From Takakia lepidozioides (taxonomy: Eukaryota; Plantae; Bryophyta), in NCBI GenBank assembly GCA_030704615.1, contig CM060733.1, forward strand, positions 62,496,001 through 62,560,000: a stretch of DNA of 64,000 bases, read 5' to 3'. The position numbers and the translations under genes were made by a program. This document shows, piece by piece, positions 1 through 11,264 of the stretch (its first letter is position 1; each line of letters opens with the position of its first letter). The notes below the pieces were generated by a model. It was not told the DNA's origin. It was given only the letters and a program-made list of their open reading frames with translations, and searched no databases.

Positions 1-2660
1 GTGTGTGAACGAACTTTGAGAAAATGAAGGGGTTTATTGATGGAGATGGCTAGGTTGATAATGGCGGTGATAAGGTTTTGGTCGGAGTGGTGGAGGTGGG
101 AGGAGGGACAAGCCAAGTGGTTGCGAAGTATAAAGAGAGAATTTAGGCTATCCGTGAAGATGTAGTATGGGGGTGGGAATGAGGCCAGTTGTGACAGAGC
201 TTAAAAAATGGCCATAAGTTCGGTGCGGAGTATGGTCGCGGGCCCTGGGAGACGATGTGCGGTTCCTTTATAGTAGCGGCATGGTAGACGCCGTATCCGG
301 CACGGGAGCCAGATTGGGAGCCGTCTGTGTAGTGTGAGTGGAGGGGGGTGGTATTTAGGAGAAGTGGGCCCAAGGTGAACCGGGGGGGCGCTGCGGGAGG
401 TGGTATGAGTGGGGCTGGGGCGGGGGGGGGGGCACTAAGGTCCATGCTTTTAGCTTAGTGGGTCTTTGGCAGTGGGGTTGCATGTTGGTGGAGGTGAGTA
501 ACATGCTATGGGCATCGGAAAGTAGACAATTGAGATGAGCGGGGAAGTCGGAGGGTATGGGGGGGCATGAGGTAGCTTGGACAAGCAGAATTAGGGTCAG
601 AGTAGTTTCCTTGTGGCGGAGGTATTTTGGGAATGGTAGGCTGTGTGTGTAGCGAAGATGGTTGGGCTCAATAGCGGCTAATGGTATCACTTCTGGAGGA
701 AGTTATAGAAGGGGATGTTGGTGGTCAGGTGAGCTTTGTTGTCTAAGAATGAGAATAGTGGAGGCGGAGGGGGAGGAGTGGGCGACGAGGCGTTTCCATA
801 GAAGAGCCTCGTGTGTGAGGGGCCTGGGAAGTGGGTGCGCAAGGCCACCGCTTGACCAAGAGTGTTGGGTAGCGGGGCCAAGGCTCCGAATACACAGTCT
901 CGGGGGTGCGGGCTGGCGTAAGAAGAAAGCTCAAGGGGGCATGTAAGTGGGCTGGAGTAGTAAGAGTGGGTAAGCTGGAATGTAGAGATGAGGAATTTAA
1001 GGATGTCGGAGGGTATAGTGCTATGGGTATATGCTTGAGCTAGTTTATCGGGGGTGAGGGGTTTTTTTGTGGGGTAATCACGTAAATATCGGTCAACAAG
1101 CCAGCAGACCTCAGTGGCAAAGTCTTGTTTTGGGGGCTGTAACAGGATGGTGTCAGTTGAGGAGGCGTCATATCTATCCCAGAGCCAGGCGAGCCTGACA
1201 TTAGAGATAGAGCCGGTGAAGTGATCATTAAGTGTGTAGATATGGGATGTCAGGCGCCTAGGGCATAAAATGGGGGAGATTTGGTTAATATCCTTGTCGG
1301 GGTTGTTTTCATAGATGTGTATATGAATATGTGGAGCGTTCAAGGGGGTACGGATGTATCGAGCGTTTATTGGTTGGGTTTGAGATACATGATGTTGGTA
1401 GGTGTGCGCTAAGTAATTGGTGTTAGTTGTTTTGTAGAAGGTGATAAGGAGGCTGCGAGTAGGGTCGCAATCATCATGGGTTCCAAAGAGGTCGTCTTCG
1501 ATCTGCCAGGTGTTATCAGAGGGAAACCCGCCCATTTACATAGGTTATATGTGTCAACACAAGTGGCGTCGTGTACGTCGAGGGAGGTTTGAGTCTTGAT
1601 GCCGAGAATAGCTTCAATGACGAAGGCCTCGAGGTGGTCGGGGTTGGCTAGGCAGGGGGGAAGAGGAGGGGTAGGGGGGTTTAGAGGGTGGGGGGGGAAG
1701 TTGCTCATGGCAATTAACGGGGATTTGGGGGGGGGTTTCTGGGAGAGGGTGCTCCGGAGTGTCATGGGAGGTCATAACCTGCTGTAGTATTGAGGGGGCT
1801 GGGGCCGTTCTGAATTCGAGGAGGAGGTCTTGCTAGTTATGGCGGAAGAATAGGCATGGTAGGTCACAGTCGAGGGTGCACGAGGCTGTCTGGTGACAGA
1901 ATAAAGATCGGAGATGAAGCATGTATCTACGTGTTTTGATGGTAGCACGAGAGTGTTTCAGGGTAAATTGGTTTGGGTAAGCAGCCGGTTCCCCGTGGCA
2001 GTGGTGAGCTGGGTGAGAGTAGTAATATGGCGTGCCTTAAAGTAGGCAAGGACAAGTTTTCTTTCACGGGGGTGATTGGTTTCAAATTGTGTGAAGAATG
2101 GGCTGTTGAGCCATGCCCGTTCAAGTTGAGATATGGAGTTGGGGTATCCGGGGAGGTCGGTTTGAATGTTGATTTTCAATTGGCGTAGGATAAATAACGT
2201 GCGGGCGGTGGGGGAGTGGAGGCAGGATTGGGGGTGGAGAGTAGGGAGGGAATATAAGCCATTATATTTATATGCTATGTATTTAAGGAGACCTCGGAAG
2301 ATTAGTCCAAGGCGGCCTGGGTCGTTAAGAGCCTCTATAAGTTGTGAGCCGAGGGTGCGGGCGTATGAGATGATCAGGGGGCTAGAACCAATCCCAAAAC
2401 TGTCCTGTGGGAGTTGGATAAGAACATTAGGGGTGCTGGTGGGTATGCCACAAATGCGTTTGGTGAGTTGGATAATATTGGTATCGAGTAGTTTAATATC
2501 CGGTATAGAGAAGGGGGCCGCGTGAAAGGCGTATTGGATTTGAGTGTTGAGAACTCTTTGGATGATAGTTAGTTTAGGGCGGATGGAGATCGGGGCGTTG
2601 AGTAGAGCTAAACTCTTGTTGGTTAGTTTGGAAAGAGTGGTGCTCTTTTGTATATGCCAG
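1..2660 (-). mobile_element. Degenerate non-LTR retrotransposon (LINE): RT C-terminal region, chromodomain-like, PCIF1-like fold, RNase H; runs off the left edge
   Basis: Minus-strand frames give RNase H motifs (HYTDGSQSGSRAGYGVY..LRTELMAI..YIFTDSLNSL, ~340-100) and a post-RT region (KLTIIQRVLNTQIQYAFHAAPFS..LLDTNIIQLTKRICGIP..FGIG, ~2580-2390). Multiple frameshifts. Confidence 0.8.
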
Positions 2661-3348
2661 GTTAGTAATGGATTAATTTCATAAATATAAAGCCATATTG
2701 GCGGTCGATTTTTTTTCTCATTTTAAAAATTTGAAGCGACGGTCATATTGATGGTCGTTTGATTTATATTTTTAAAAATATGAAGTGAAGATTGGAGGGC
2801 AATTTAAAACAGATAGGGCAATTCAAAACATTGTCAGAATCGGATAGGGCAATTCAAAACATATCTACATCATAGCATATGATTAGCAAAAATCCACAAT
2901 CATACACATTCTAAATCCAATTATTTACGTGAAATTCATTTAAATTCGATTTAATTCAAAATTGGTTCAAGGGTGAGTGCGTCGTTGGGGAGGCAAATGT
3001 TTTTTGGACTTTAAGCTTTCTTTGGACTTTAAATAATATAATTTAGACATTGTTTCCACAATTTTTGGACATTTTGGTGTTTTTCACAATTTTCGAACAA
3101 TTAGGCACTTCTCAAGAAATTTTTCCAAGTTTTAGGCACATTTTCCAAAAATCTTCTAAATTTAATTAGGCACTTGATTTTGAATTAATTATTGCCTAAT
3201 AAGCTAGGTTAGTACGGTAGCAGCTGCTTCATAGTTCTGTAAAAAGAAAATAAAGTGACCGCATAATTGACGGTTGTTTTTTTTAATTTAAAAAATATTA
3301 AGCAACCGCCATACTGGAGGTTGCAAAGATATAGGGGTCACGTTCACC

Positions 3349-3985
3349 AGGCCTACAGTTTGCATTGCCACACCAGCCTCATGGTGCCCAACAGAGTTGG
3401 AAATAGGCTCCAAATTGAAAGTAGGCTTGCTGTACCCATTGAATTCCATGATGTCAAAGATGTCATCGACAGTCTGCGGAAGGCTTTTCTCGTGTCTTCA
3501 AACACGGCAAGACAAGAATCTCCTCATAAATATAACATAATTCGTTGAGAGTCACACTCATCGCAAAACACAATGTGTGTTTGTATCATCCACGTCCACT
3601 TTCCACATACTCGTAATTCACATAATACAGCTCCTCGTGGCGGCCGTCATCATCTCCAACAGCACTAGGCCTACAGTTTGCATTGCCACACCAGCCTCAT
3701 GGTGCCCAACAGAGTTGGAAATAGGCTCCAAATTGAAAGTGGGCTTGTTGTACCCATTGAACTCCATGATCTCAAAGATGTAATCGATAGTCTGCGGAAG
3801 GCTTTCCTTGTATCTTCAAACATGGCAAGACAAAAATCTCCTCATAAATAGAACATAATTCGTTGAGAGTCACACTCGTCGCAAAACACAATGTGCGTTT
3901 GTATCATCCACATCCACTTTCCACATACTCGTAATTCACATAATACAGCTCCTCATGGTGGCCGTCATCATCTCCAATAGCACCA
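3349..3985. repeat. Tandem duplication, 318-bp unit x2
   Basis: AGGCCTACAGTTTGCATTGCCACACCAGCC starts at 3349 and again at 3667, with colinear similarity throughout. Confidence 0.9.
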
Positions 3986-4590
3986 TGCCTCCAGTGACCA
4001 TCGCCTCTTGGTTTGCATGAAGATCCCATGTCCACTGGGTTCGAAGTAAGGGTAATCTAGATGACCCCACCACCTGGGCTTCCATCTTGTAGCTGTCGAG
4101 GTGCATCCCAATGGCACATTTCAGGAACTCCGCGCACCAACATAAATGTGTCATATGCCTGTTTTAGCCCCTACAAAGCGAAATCATCGGATGTTGTGCT
4201 TCTCTCTACCATCCTACTTGAGCATGTGCGCGTCGGTCGGTTCCACGGCCAAAGCTGGTTGTGTTGATTGTTCCTCCAGAAACCTCCACGCACGTTTAGA
4301 CGTGACGGCCGATGGTCGACGTCCGAAGTGACGTGTTGTGTTGTGTTGTGTTGTGAAGTCATTCTATTTATAAGTAGGTTGGGTGGACAAAACAACCAAT
4401 GAGGAACTATCACAGAAGAACACCATCCCTCTATCCCTGTATATTTGGTGCCAAAAGGATTACGAAAGAAAGCTGGCTAGGGGCATGCCACAAGAAGCTA
4501 GGCTGCCAGCTTCCACCGGCTCAGTCCAACATTTAAATGTGAAGCCAAATCTTGCACCAAAGAGCCAAGGCTTTCAATTCACGTTTGGAC

Positions 4591-4867
4591 GTGACGTTTG
4601 ACGTCCGACGTTTGGTTTGGTTCTAGGAAAATGGATGAACTGCTGGAGTTTACAGATCTCTCACTTTTCTACTTCCGGGCGCCCTACCACTTCAAGCATG
4701 AGGCCGGCTTGCTCAAGGTGGAGGTGGAGGTGACGTTTGACGTCCGACGTTTGGTTTGGTTCCAGGAAAATGGATGAACTACTGGAGTTTACGGATCTCT
4801 CACTTTTCTGCTTCCGGGCGCCCTACCACTTCAAGCATGAGGCCGGCTTGCTCAAGGTGGAGGTGGA
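4591..4867. repeat. Tandem duplication, 139-bp unit x2
   Basis: GTGACGTTTGACGTCCGACGTTTGGTTTGG at 4591 and 4730. Confidence 0.9.
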
Positions 4868-5689
4868 TTCCAAAGGGAAAATTATGAAATATTTGATATT
4901 CTCTACTTAGTCTTCTTGTACTTGCAAATGAGCTTCTATCTATTGGCATTATGAATGTTGGGGCCAATGTAACCAAGATGACATTTGCAGTTTATGAGAC
5001 ACGCAACGCATTCCACCTACAATCAGGCTGGGTGGACGACACGCAAAATGAATGAGCGCACAGACCAGCCATAGTCGGCCACAGGGATCTTGAAGGGTGA
5101 CTGTTTCTTTGAACTTATTGCCATGTTGTTGCACGAACTCTGCGAGAAGCTCCTAGACAAACCATAAGGCGAAGATTGGATGGCTCCTTGTTATAATCAG
5201 ATAGGCCGATTCAAAACACATCTATATCATAGCATATGATTAGACTGAAATTGAACTAGGTGAGTTTGGAAGCCGCACCAGAGTGCAACGACTACGATGC
5301 CTCGCCGAGTCCTATCTAAAGCAATGGGAGGCGATCAGAGTTCGGGTAAAGGAGGACAATAAATATTGCAGCGGAAATAATCAAAGACACCTCCAAGAAA
5401 AAACTTGTGAACGTATTTGACAGGTCATTCAATTAATTATTGTTTATTATTATTATTATTATTATTTAGTACGTTTTTCGGTAAGCTGTCCAGGTAATTA
5501 TTCTGCTAATTGCGGATTAGCAGCCCTACCGGCAACCTGGTTAGTGAGTTGGCCATAGATTAGTGAGGTTTGTAGTGTAAACATCAATATGGTTAGGAGT
5601 AAGTGGGAGGGATTAGTGATAAGCAAAGCGTGCGGTTTATACTGTGCACAAAGACACGTAGCACGCAGAATTGTCACAGAAGAACACCA

Positions 5690-6660
5690 TCCCTGACGGT
5701 CGTTTTTTTTTTTTAAATTTCAAAAACTCCTACAATGTGAGGATATAGGACGCGCACACCTTGGTCGGAGGTCGATTTGCTTAAAAATAAATTAAAAAAT
5801 AATTTTTTAATAAAATAAAAATAAAGTGACCACACAATTGACGGTTGCTTTTTTTTTTTAAATTTAAAAAACTCATGCAATGCTGAGAAAATAGCCTGAG
5901 CCTAGCGCATCCATTGGTTGGACGACACTCCTTTAAAAAATGGAAGGAAAATGAAAATATAAATATTCCAAAAATTCCTGCAATGTGAGAATACAGGACG
6001 TCAGAGGTCGATTTTTTTAAAAACAAAAAAACAAAAAAAAATCTTTTCTTTAAATAAAAATAAAAATTGACCGAACAATTGACGGCCACTTCTATTTTTT
6101 TAATTTAAAAAACTCATGCAATGAGGAGAAAAAAAATTGAAAATAAGATAAATATTTCAAAACATTCCTGCAATATAAGAATACAGGACGTGCACGTCCT
6201 GGTCAGAGGTCGATTTTTTTTTAAACAATTTAAAAAAAAAATCTTTTTTATAAATTGAAAATAAATTGACCGTACAATTGAAGGCCGCTTGTTTATTTAA
6301 TTTAAAAAACTCATGCAATGCGAAGAAAATAGCATGAGCATAGCGCGTCCATCGATTGGACGACGCTCCTTTCAAAAATAAAAATAAAACAAAAATAAGA
6401 TAAATATTTCAAAAACTCCTGCATTGCGAGAATATAGGACGTGCGCGTCCTGGTCGGAGGTCGATTGTTTTAAATTTGGTTTAAAAAAAATCAAAATCGG
6501 TTGGACGACGCTCCTTTCAAAAATGAAAATAAAATAAAAAATAAAATAAATATCTCAAAAACTTCTGCAATATGAGAATACAGGACGGCGTCCTCATCGG
6601 AGGTCGATTCTTTATATATATATATATATATATATATATGACCGCACAATTGACGGCATA
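5690..6660. repeat. AT-rich degenerate tandem repeat (TE-internal or subterminal)
   Basis: Recurring GAATA(C/T)AGGACG..GGTCGGAGGTCGATTT and GACCGxACAATTGAxGG blocks separated by A/T tracts. Confidence 0.65.
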
Positions 6661-7714
6661 ATCTTTTTTCTCATGATGGACAGTGAGTTCTTGGACAGCT
6701 TTGTCTCCAAACATTGAGTGGATGCTAACCAAGGTGAGATTGAAGGTTGGGTGCAGTCCGACACACCAACAAGTATTTGATGCCATTGTGTTTGTAAAGA
6801 AATATGGAATTGTGTACAAAGAACTCAAGGTAGAAAATAAATTGTGGTATACTCGTGGAGTTGATGGATTGTTTGCTAATCGTTTCATCAGACACTATTT
6901 CGGGTTTCATGCCAAAGCTGGTTGTATTGATTGTTCCTCCAGAAACAATTTGATGATTTGATTTGATGATTTGATGATTGCGAGGGTTGCAAAGAGTCAT
7001 TTGCAGCCATAAAAACACCGACAATTTGTAGGGCAATGTCCGGGCAGCGAAGATGCAGAAAGTGAAGCATTGTGGGCGGTGACGAGTTTTCAATGCTTGC
7101 ATTAGAACCCGCAATCATTTTATCCACTGTTCAAACGGATTCCATCATTTGAAGTATACTCGGCCCGATTGCCGTTGTTATCTAGATGCTCACGCTCTGG
7201 AGACTGCCCGAAAGTAGATTGCAACTTCAGAGATCGCATCCCTACCAGATGGGCAACGTCCATCGCAACCTCTGCAAGACCTCCAACCTCTACCAATGCT
7301 AAGGAAGAAGGATGAAGAAGAAGAAGCTACATATTCTCAATTTCTTTGTTCTCTGCATTTCTACATTTCTTACATGTATGCAACGGGCAACACAACGTGT
7401 CTACACCTTGATTCATGTGCTCTGCTAGTGTTGTTCGTTCAGGCGCTGGAGTCAGCTTTCTGGCCAAGCATTTAGATGATAGAACCGCCCACAGAAAGCA
7501 ACATCACATCCAAAGACCCCTATGCAGATGCAGAAGGTGAAGCATTGTGAGCGGTGACGAGTTTTCAATGCTTGCATTAGAACCCACAATCATTTTATCA
7601 CTGTTCAAACGGATTCCATCATTTGAAGTATACTCGGCCCGATTGCCATTGTTATCTAGATGCTCGCACTATGGAGATTGCCCTAAAATAGATTGCAACT
7701 TCAGAGATCGCATA

Positions 7715-8907
7715 TGTAGAATAATAGAATTTTTTTATTAAGATTTAGTTTCAAGACTATTTAGTGTATTTTTCGCTCGATATACTCTGTGGCAACATTG
7801 ATACAGATTTGATATAGTGATATCGCTGGATATTTTGTGACGGTTCATAGTCTGACTTTAATCGATAATAATGAAGATGGATGGAAGAATATTTTGGGAT
7901 GACTAGAAGGAGTTAGACGGTTATAGAAGTTGTTGAGACAGATTTCTATAGTTGAGTTGCGGAACAATAGATCATTGTCAGATGAGCCGGAGAGCCGTGA
8001 CCAGAGTGAGTGTGTGTAGGAGATAGAAGATAAAGTTATTTCTCAATGGCAGATTAGTACTGCGATATTGCGATATAATGTTTGTGAATGAATAGAAGAA
8101 AAGAAGGAGAAAAAAGAAGTTCAATTCAATGTATTCTATGTGAAGAATGGAATGATGGAATGTGCGTCCAATTCTGAATGCAATGAGAATTATGAGTATG
8201 TGAGATAGTGAGAATGTGCACTATTGGAGGAGATAAGAATTGTGTGTGTGAATTAAGAGTGTAAGTAAAGCCTGGAAAAAAGAATTATCAGTTCTATATA
8301 AACATCGTCATTTGGGGCGTAAGTGGATCAATATGCGGTGTTGTCCTTTAGATGGATATCTAGAATTTATGAAGGCATGAATCAAAGACTTTGGGATAGA
8401 AAGCCTTCGATTGAATTAAACGAGAGAGAGGGATTAGTAGTTGAGTAAAAGACACATGAATGGGACAGTCAAATGATGAGGAAGTAGAAGAATCGTCAGA
8501 GATAATTACTGGTCTGCCAGACAATATATCGATAGATATTTTTAAGAAGTTATGTTGCAGCGATAAAGAAATTATACAATTACAGTTGGTGAATAAAGGA
8601 TGGTATAGAGAATTATCGATCCTCTATAAAAAAGACTATTGGAGGAAAAATATAATTGAGCAATGGTATTTAATTTCAGCCGATGGAGCAGAGTTAATAG
8701 AGGATGGAGAGAATATTCACAAATCTGGAAGAATGATGATCGTATTAGATGAAGATGACTGGTGGTAAAAGTCGTTCCATTGAAGGGTTAGGGAGACATA
8801 GAGTAGTTCAGCATCATTGTTCTGTAATCGTATAGTGCTTTCCCTGCGAACGAACCTCAAAACTAATTGATCTTTTTCTTGGGGTTGATTCTAGTTCTTA
8901 TTCTACA
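7715..8907. mobile_element. Probable solo LTR (1193 bp)
   Basis: Ends TGTAGAATAA...TTATTCTACA (10-bp perfect inverted ends, TG..CA). Flanks GCATA/GTATC compare with the uninterrupted site GCATC at ~7236 in the duplicated unit (degenerate 5-bp TSD). Confidence 0.7.
8460..8768 (+). pseudogene. F-box-domain gene fragment inside the solo LTR
   Basis: IITGLPDNISIDIFKKL..QLQLVNKGWYREL matches the plant F-box pattern LIPGLPDD..IL.RL..VxKxW. Confidence 0.6.
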
Positions 8908-9453
8908 GTATCCCTACCAGACGGGCAACGTCCATCACAACCTCTACAAGATCTCCAACCTCTACAAGACCTCCAATTATGGAAACCCCAAAAGTGAGCA
9001 CTCTAGAAGAAATTAAAGCGAAAGTGCACCAGTCGAGAACCTATACCACCAAAACAGTTTCTAGCTTAACTCCTCAACCAATGCTAAGGAAGAAGGATGA
9101 AGAAGAAGAAGCTACATATTCTCAATTTCTTTGTTCTCTGTCTTTCTACATTTCTTGCATGTATGCAACGGGCAGCACAACGTGTCTACACCTTGATTAA
9201 TGCGCTTTGCTAGTGCTGTTCGTTCAGACGCTGGAGTCAGCTTTCTGGCCAAGCATTTAGATGATAGAACCGCCCACAGAAAGCAACATCACAACCAAAG
9301 ACCCCTATGCAGATGCAGAAGGTGAAGCATTGTGAGCGGTGACGAGTTTTCAATGCTTGCATGTCTGCGTTACGTCAGACGTTACATCGAGATGTGCGTC
9401 ACGTCTGGACGTCACGTGTGGAGGATTTGAACGTCCAGACGTGACGTCCAAAT

Positions 9454-9612
9454 GTAATGACTGCAATTATTGGCTGTCATGACGTAGCCTCCCTGGGACG
9501 GAAAGATTTATTCAACCTTGTTATGAAGTACAATAAGTTCAATTTCATTGTTGGGGGGAGTCCTTGTAATAATCTGTTCGGAAACAATCTCTCCAGAAAC
9601 AACCAACAATAG
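9454..9612 (+). pseudogene. Fragment of a DRM-type cytosine-5 DNA methyltransferase (catalytic motif IV)
   Basis: Frame from 9481 reads DVASLGRKDLFNLVMKYNKFNFIVGGSPCNNLFGNN, resembling DRM DV..L....L..L....FDLVIGGSPCNNLxGxNR. Confidence 0.65.
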
Positions 9613-9834
9613 AAGAAAAACTAACATCCTAGGCTTTCTTGAAACCCAATAAAATTCAATGAATCTCTGGACACTTTTCTTTCTCTTTTTTTAAGAAAAA
9701 ATAAAATTGTGGACACTACTATAGTGCGTAGCAGCCGCTATTAGCATTGTACCATTCTACCAAGTTGTCATTCTGGACGTGACGTGGTGCGACGTGACGG
9801 CCGCTCTCATACTTATTGACTTATTGAACTTATT

Positions 9835-11190
9835 GACTATTAGATATCCAATCATTGTTCGAGGAAAGCCCACTTCATGTGTGAAGAGTTGAAAAAAACG
9901 CTTGAAAACAAACAAATAAACTATATTGCTTCTAGGGCCCACCCCCGAAAGGGGCAGTAGCCACAAGGTGAAGTGGCTCTTAGTTACGCCGGCTTCGGCC
10001 GGAGTCTTCTCTCTCTCTATATTGCTTCATATATTAAAAGAACCATTTTTTTTCATGAATTTATTGAGTATTAGATATCCAATCATTGTCCGAGGAAAAT
10101 CCACTTCATGTGTGAAGAGTTGAAAAAACACTTGAAAACAAACGAATAAACTACTTGATTCATATATTGAAAAAAAGAATTTATTAGTGTCCATGAATTT
10201 ATTTAGAAACATATCCATTCATTGTTCTACAATAACTATTTAGATATCCAATCATTGTCCGAGGAAAATCCACTTCATGTGTGAAGAGTTGGAAAAAACA
10301 CTTGAAAACAAACGAATAAACTACTTGCTTCATATATTGGAAAAACCAATTTGTTTTTTATATCCAATTTATTTAGTAATATATCCATTCATTGTTCTAG
10401 GAAAGCTATTTAGATATCCAATCATTGTCCGAGGAAAATCCACTTCATGTGTGAAGAGTTGGAAAAAAACACTTGAAAACAAAGGGATAAACTAGACTCT
10501 AGTTGCTTCATATATTGGAAAAACCAATTTATTTTTTCCATGAACTTATTGAGTATTAGATATCCAATCATTGTCCGAGGAAAATCCACTTCATGTGTGA
10601 AGAGTTGAGAAAAACACTTGAAAACAAACGAATAAACTACTTGATCCATATATTGAAAAAAGCGATTTAATTTTTTCCATGAATTTATTTAGTAATATAT
10701 TCATTCATTGTTCTAGGAAAGCTATTTAGATATCCAATCATTGTCCGAGGAAAATCCACTTCATGTGTGAAGAGTTGAAAAAAACACTTGAAAACAAACG
10801 AATAAACTACTTGATCCATATATTGGAAAAACCAATTCATTTTTTTCCATGAATCTATTTAGTAATATATCCATTCATTGTTCCAGGAAAGCTATTTTCC
10901 AGGAATTTGCAGGGACCAAAAGTACTTGAAATTCCATATCTCCCATCCCGCAGGTCCAAAAATCATGAGAAGAAGCCGGTGCACCCCTACTATACAAATA
11001 TCCAATCATTGTCCTCAGAAAGCCGACTTCATGTGTAAAGAGTTGGAAAAAACACTTGAAAACAAAAAAATAAACTATTGAAAATTTCAATTGATTTTTT
11101 TCATGAATTTATTTAGTAATATATCCATTCATTGTTCCAAGAAGGCCCACTTTGCTATTTTCCACAAATTTCCAGCGACCATGTGTGAAC
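9835..11190. repeat. Tandem array (~130-180-bp variable unit), likely the 5' subterminal region of MULE family A
   Basis: TAGATATCCAATCATTGTCCGAGGAAAATCCACTTCATGTGTGAAGAGTTG repeated about 7 times; a reverse-complement continuation lies at ~13700-13830. Confidence 0.85.
9933..10016 (+). mobile_element. 84-bp retroposed insertion (truncated LINE/SINE 3' end) with 12-bp TSD
   Basis: TSD CTATATTGCTTC at 9921-9932 and 10017-10028; (CT)n tail; absent from sibling array units. Confidence 0.7.
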
Positions 11191-11264
11191 GAGTGTTGGA
11201 TCGGTATATAGGTCCAACCCGGGTATTAATACTGATATCAACCCGGGTAGGTAATACCATACAT

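Larger units (their letters stand above)
7050..9361. repeat. Local tandem duplication (~480-bp unit) whose second unit is interrupted by a solo LTR
   Basis: GATGCAGAAxGTGAAGCATTGTG at ~7051, ~7528 and ~9313; 7240-7560 matches 8910-9360. Confidence 0.8.

Noticed and set aside
9933-10016. Hammerhead ribozyme
   Set aside because: No CUGANGA core on either strand.
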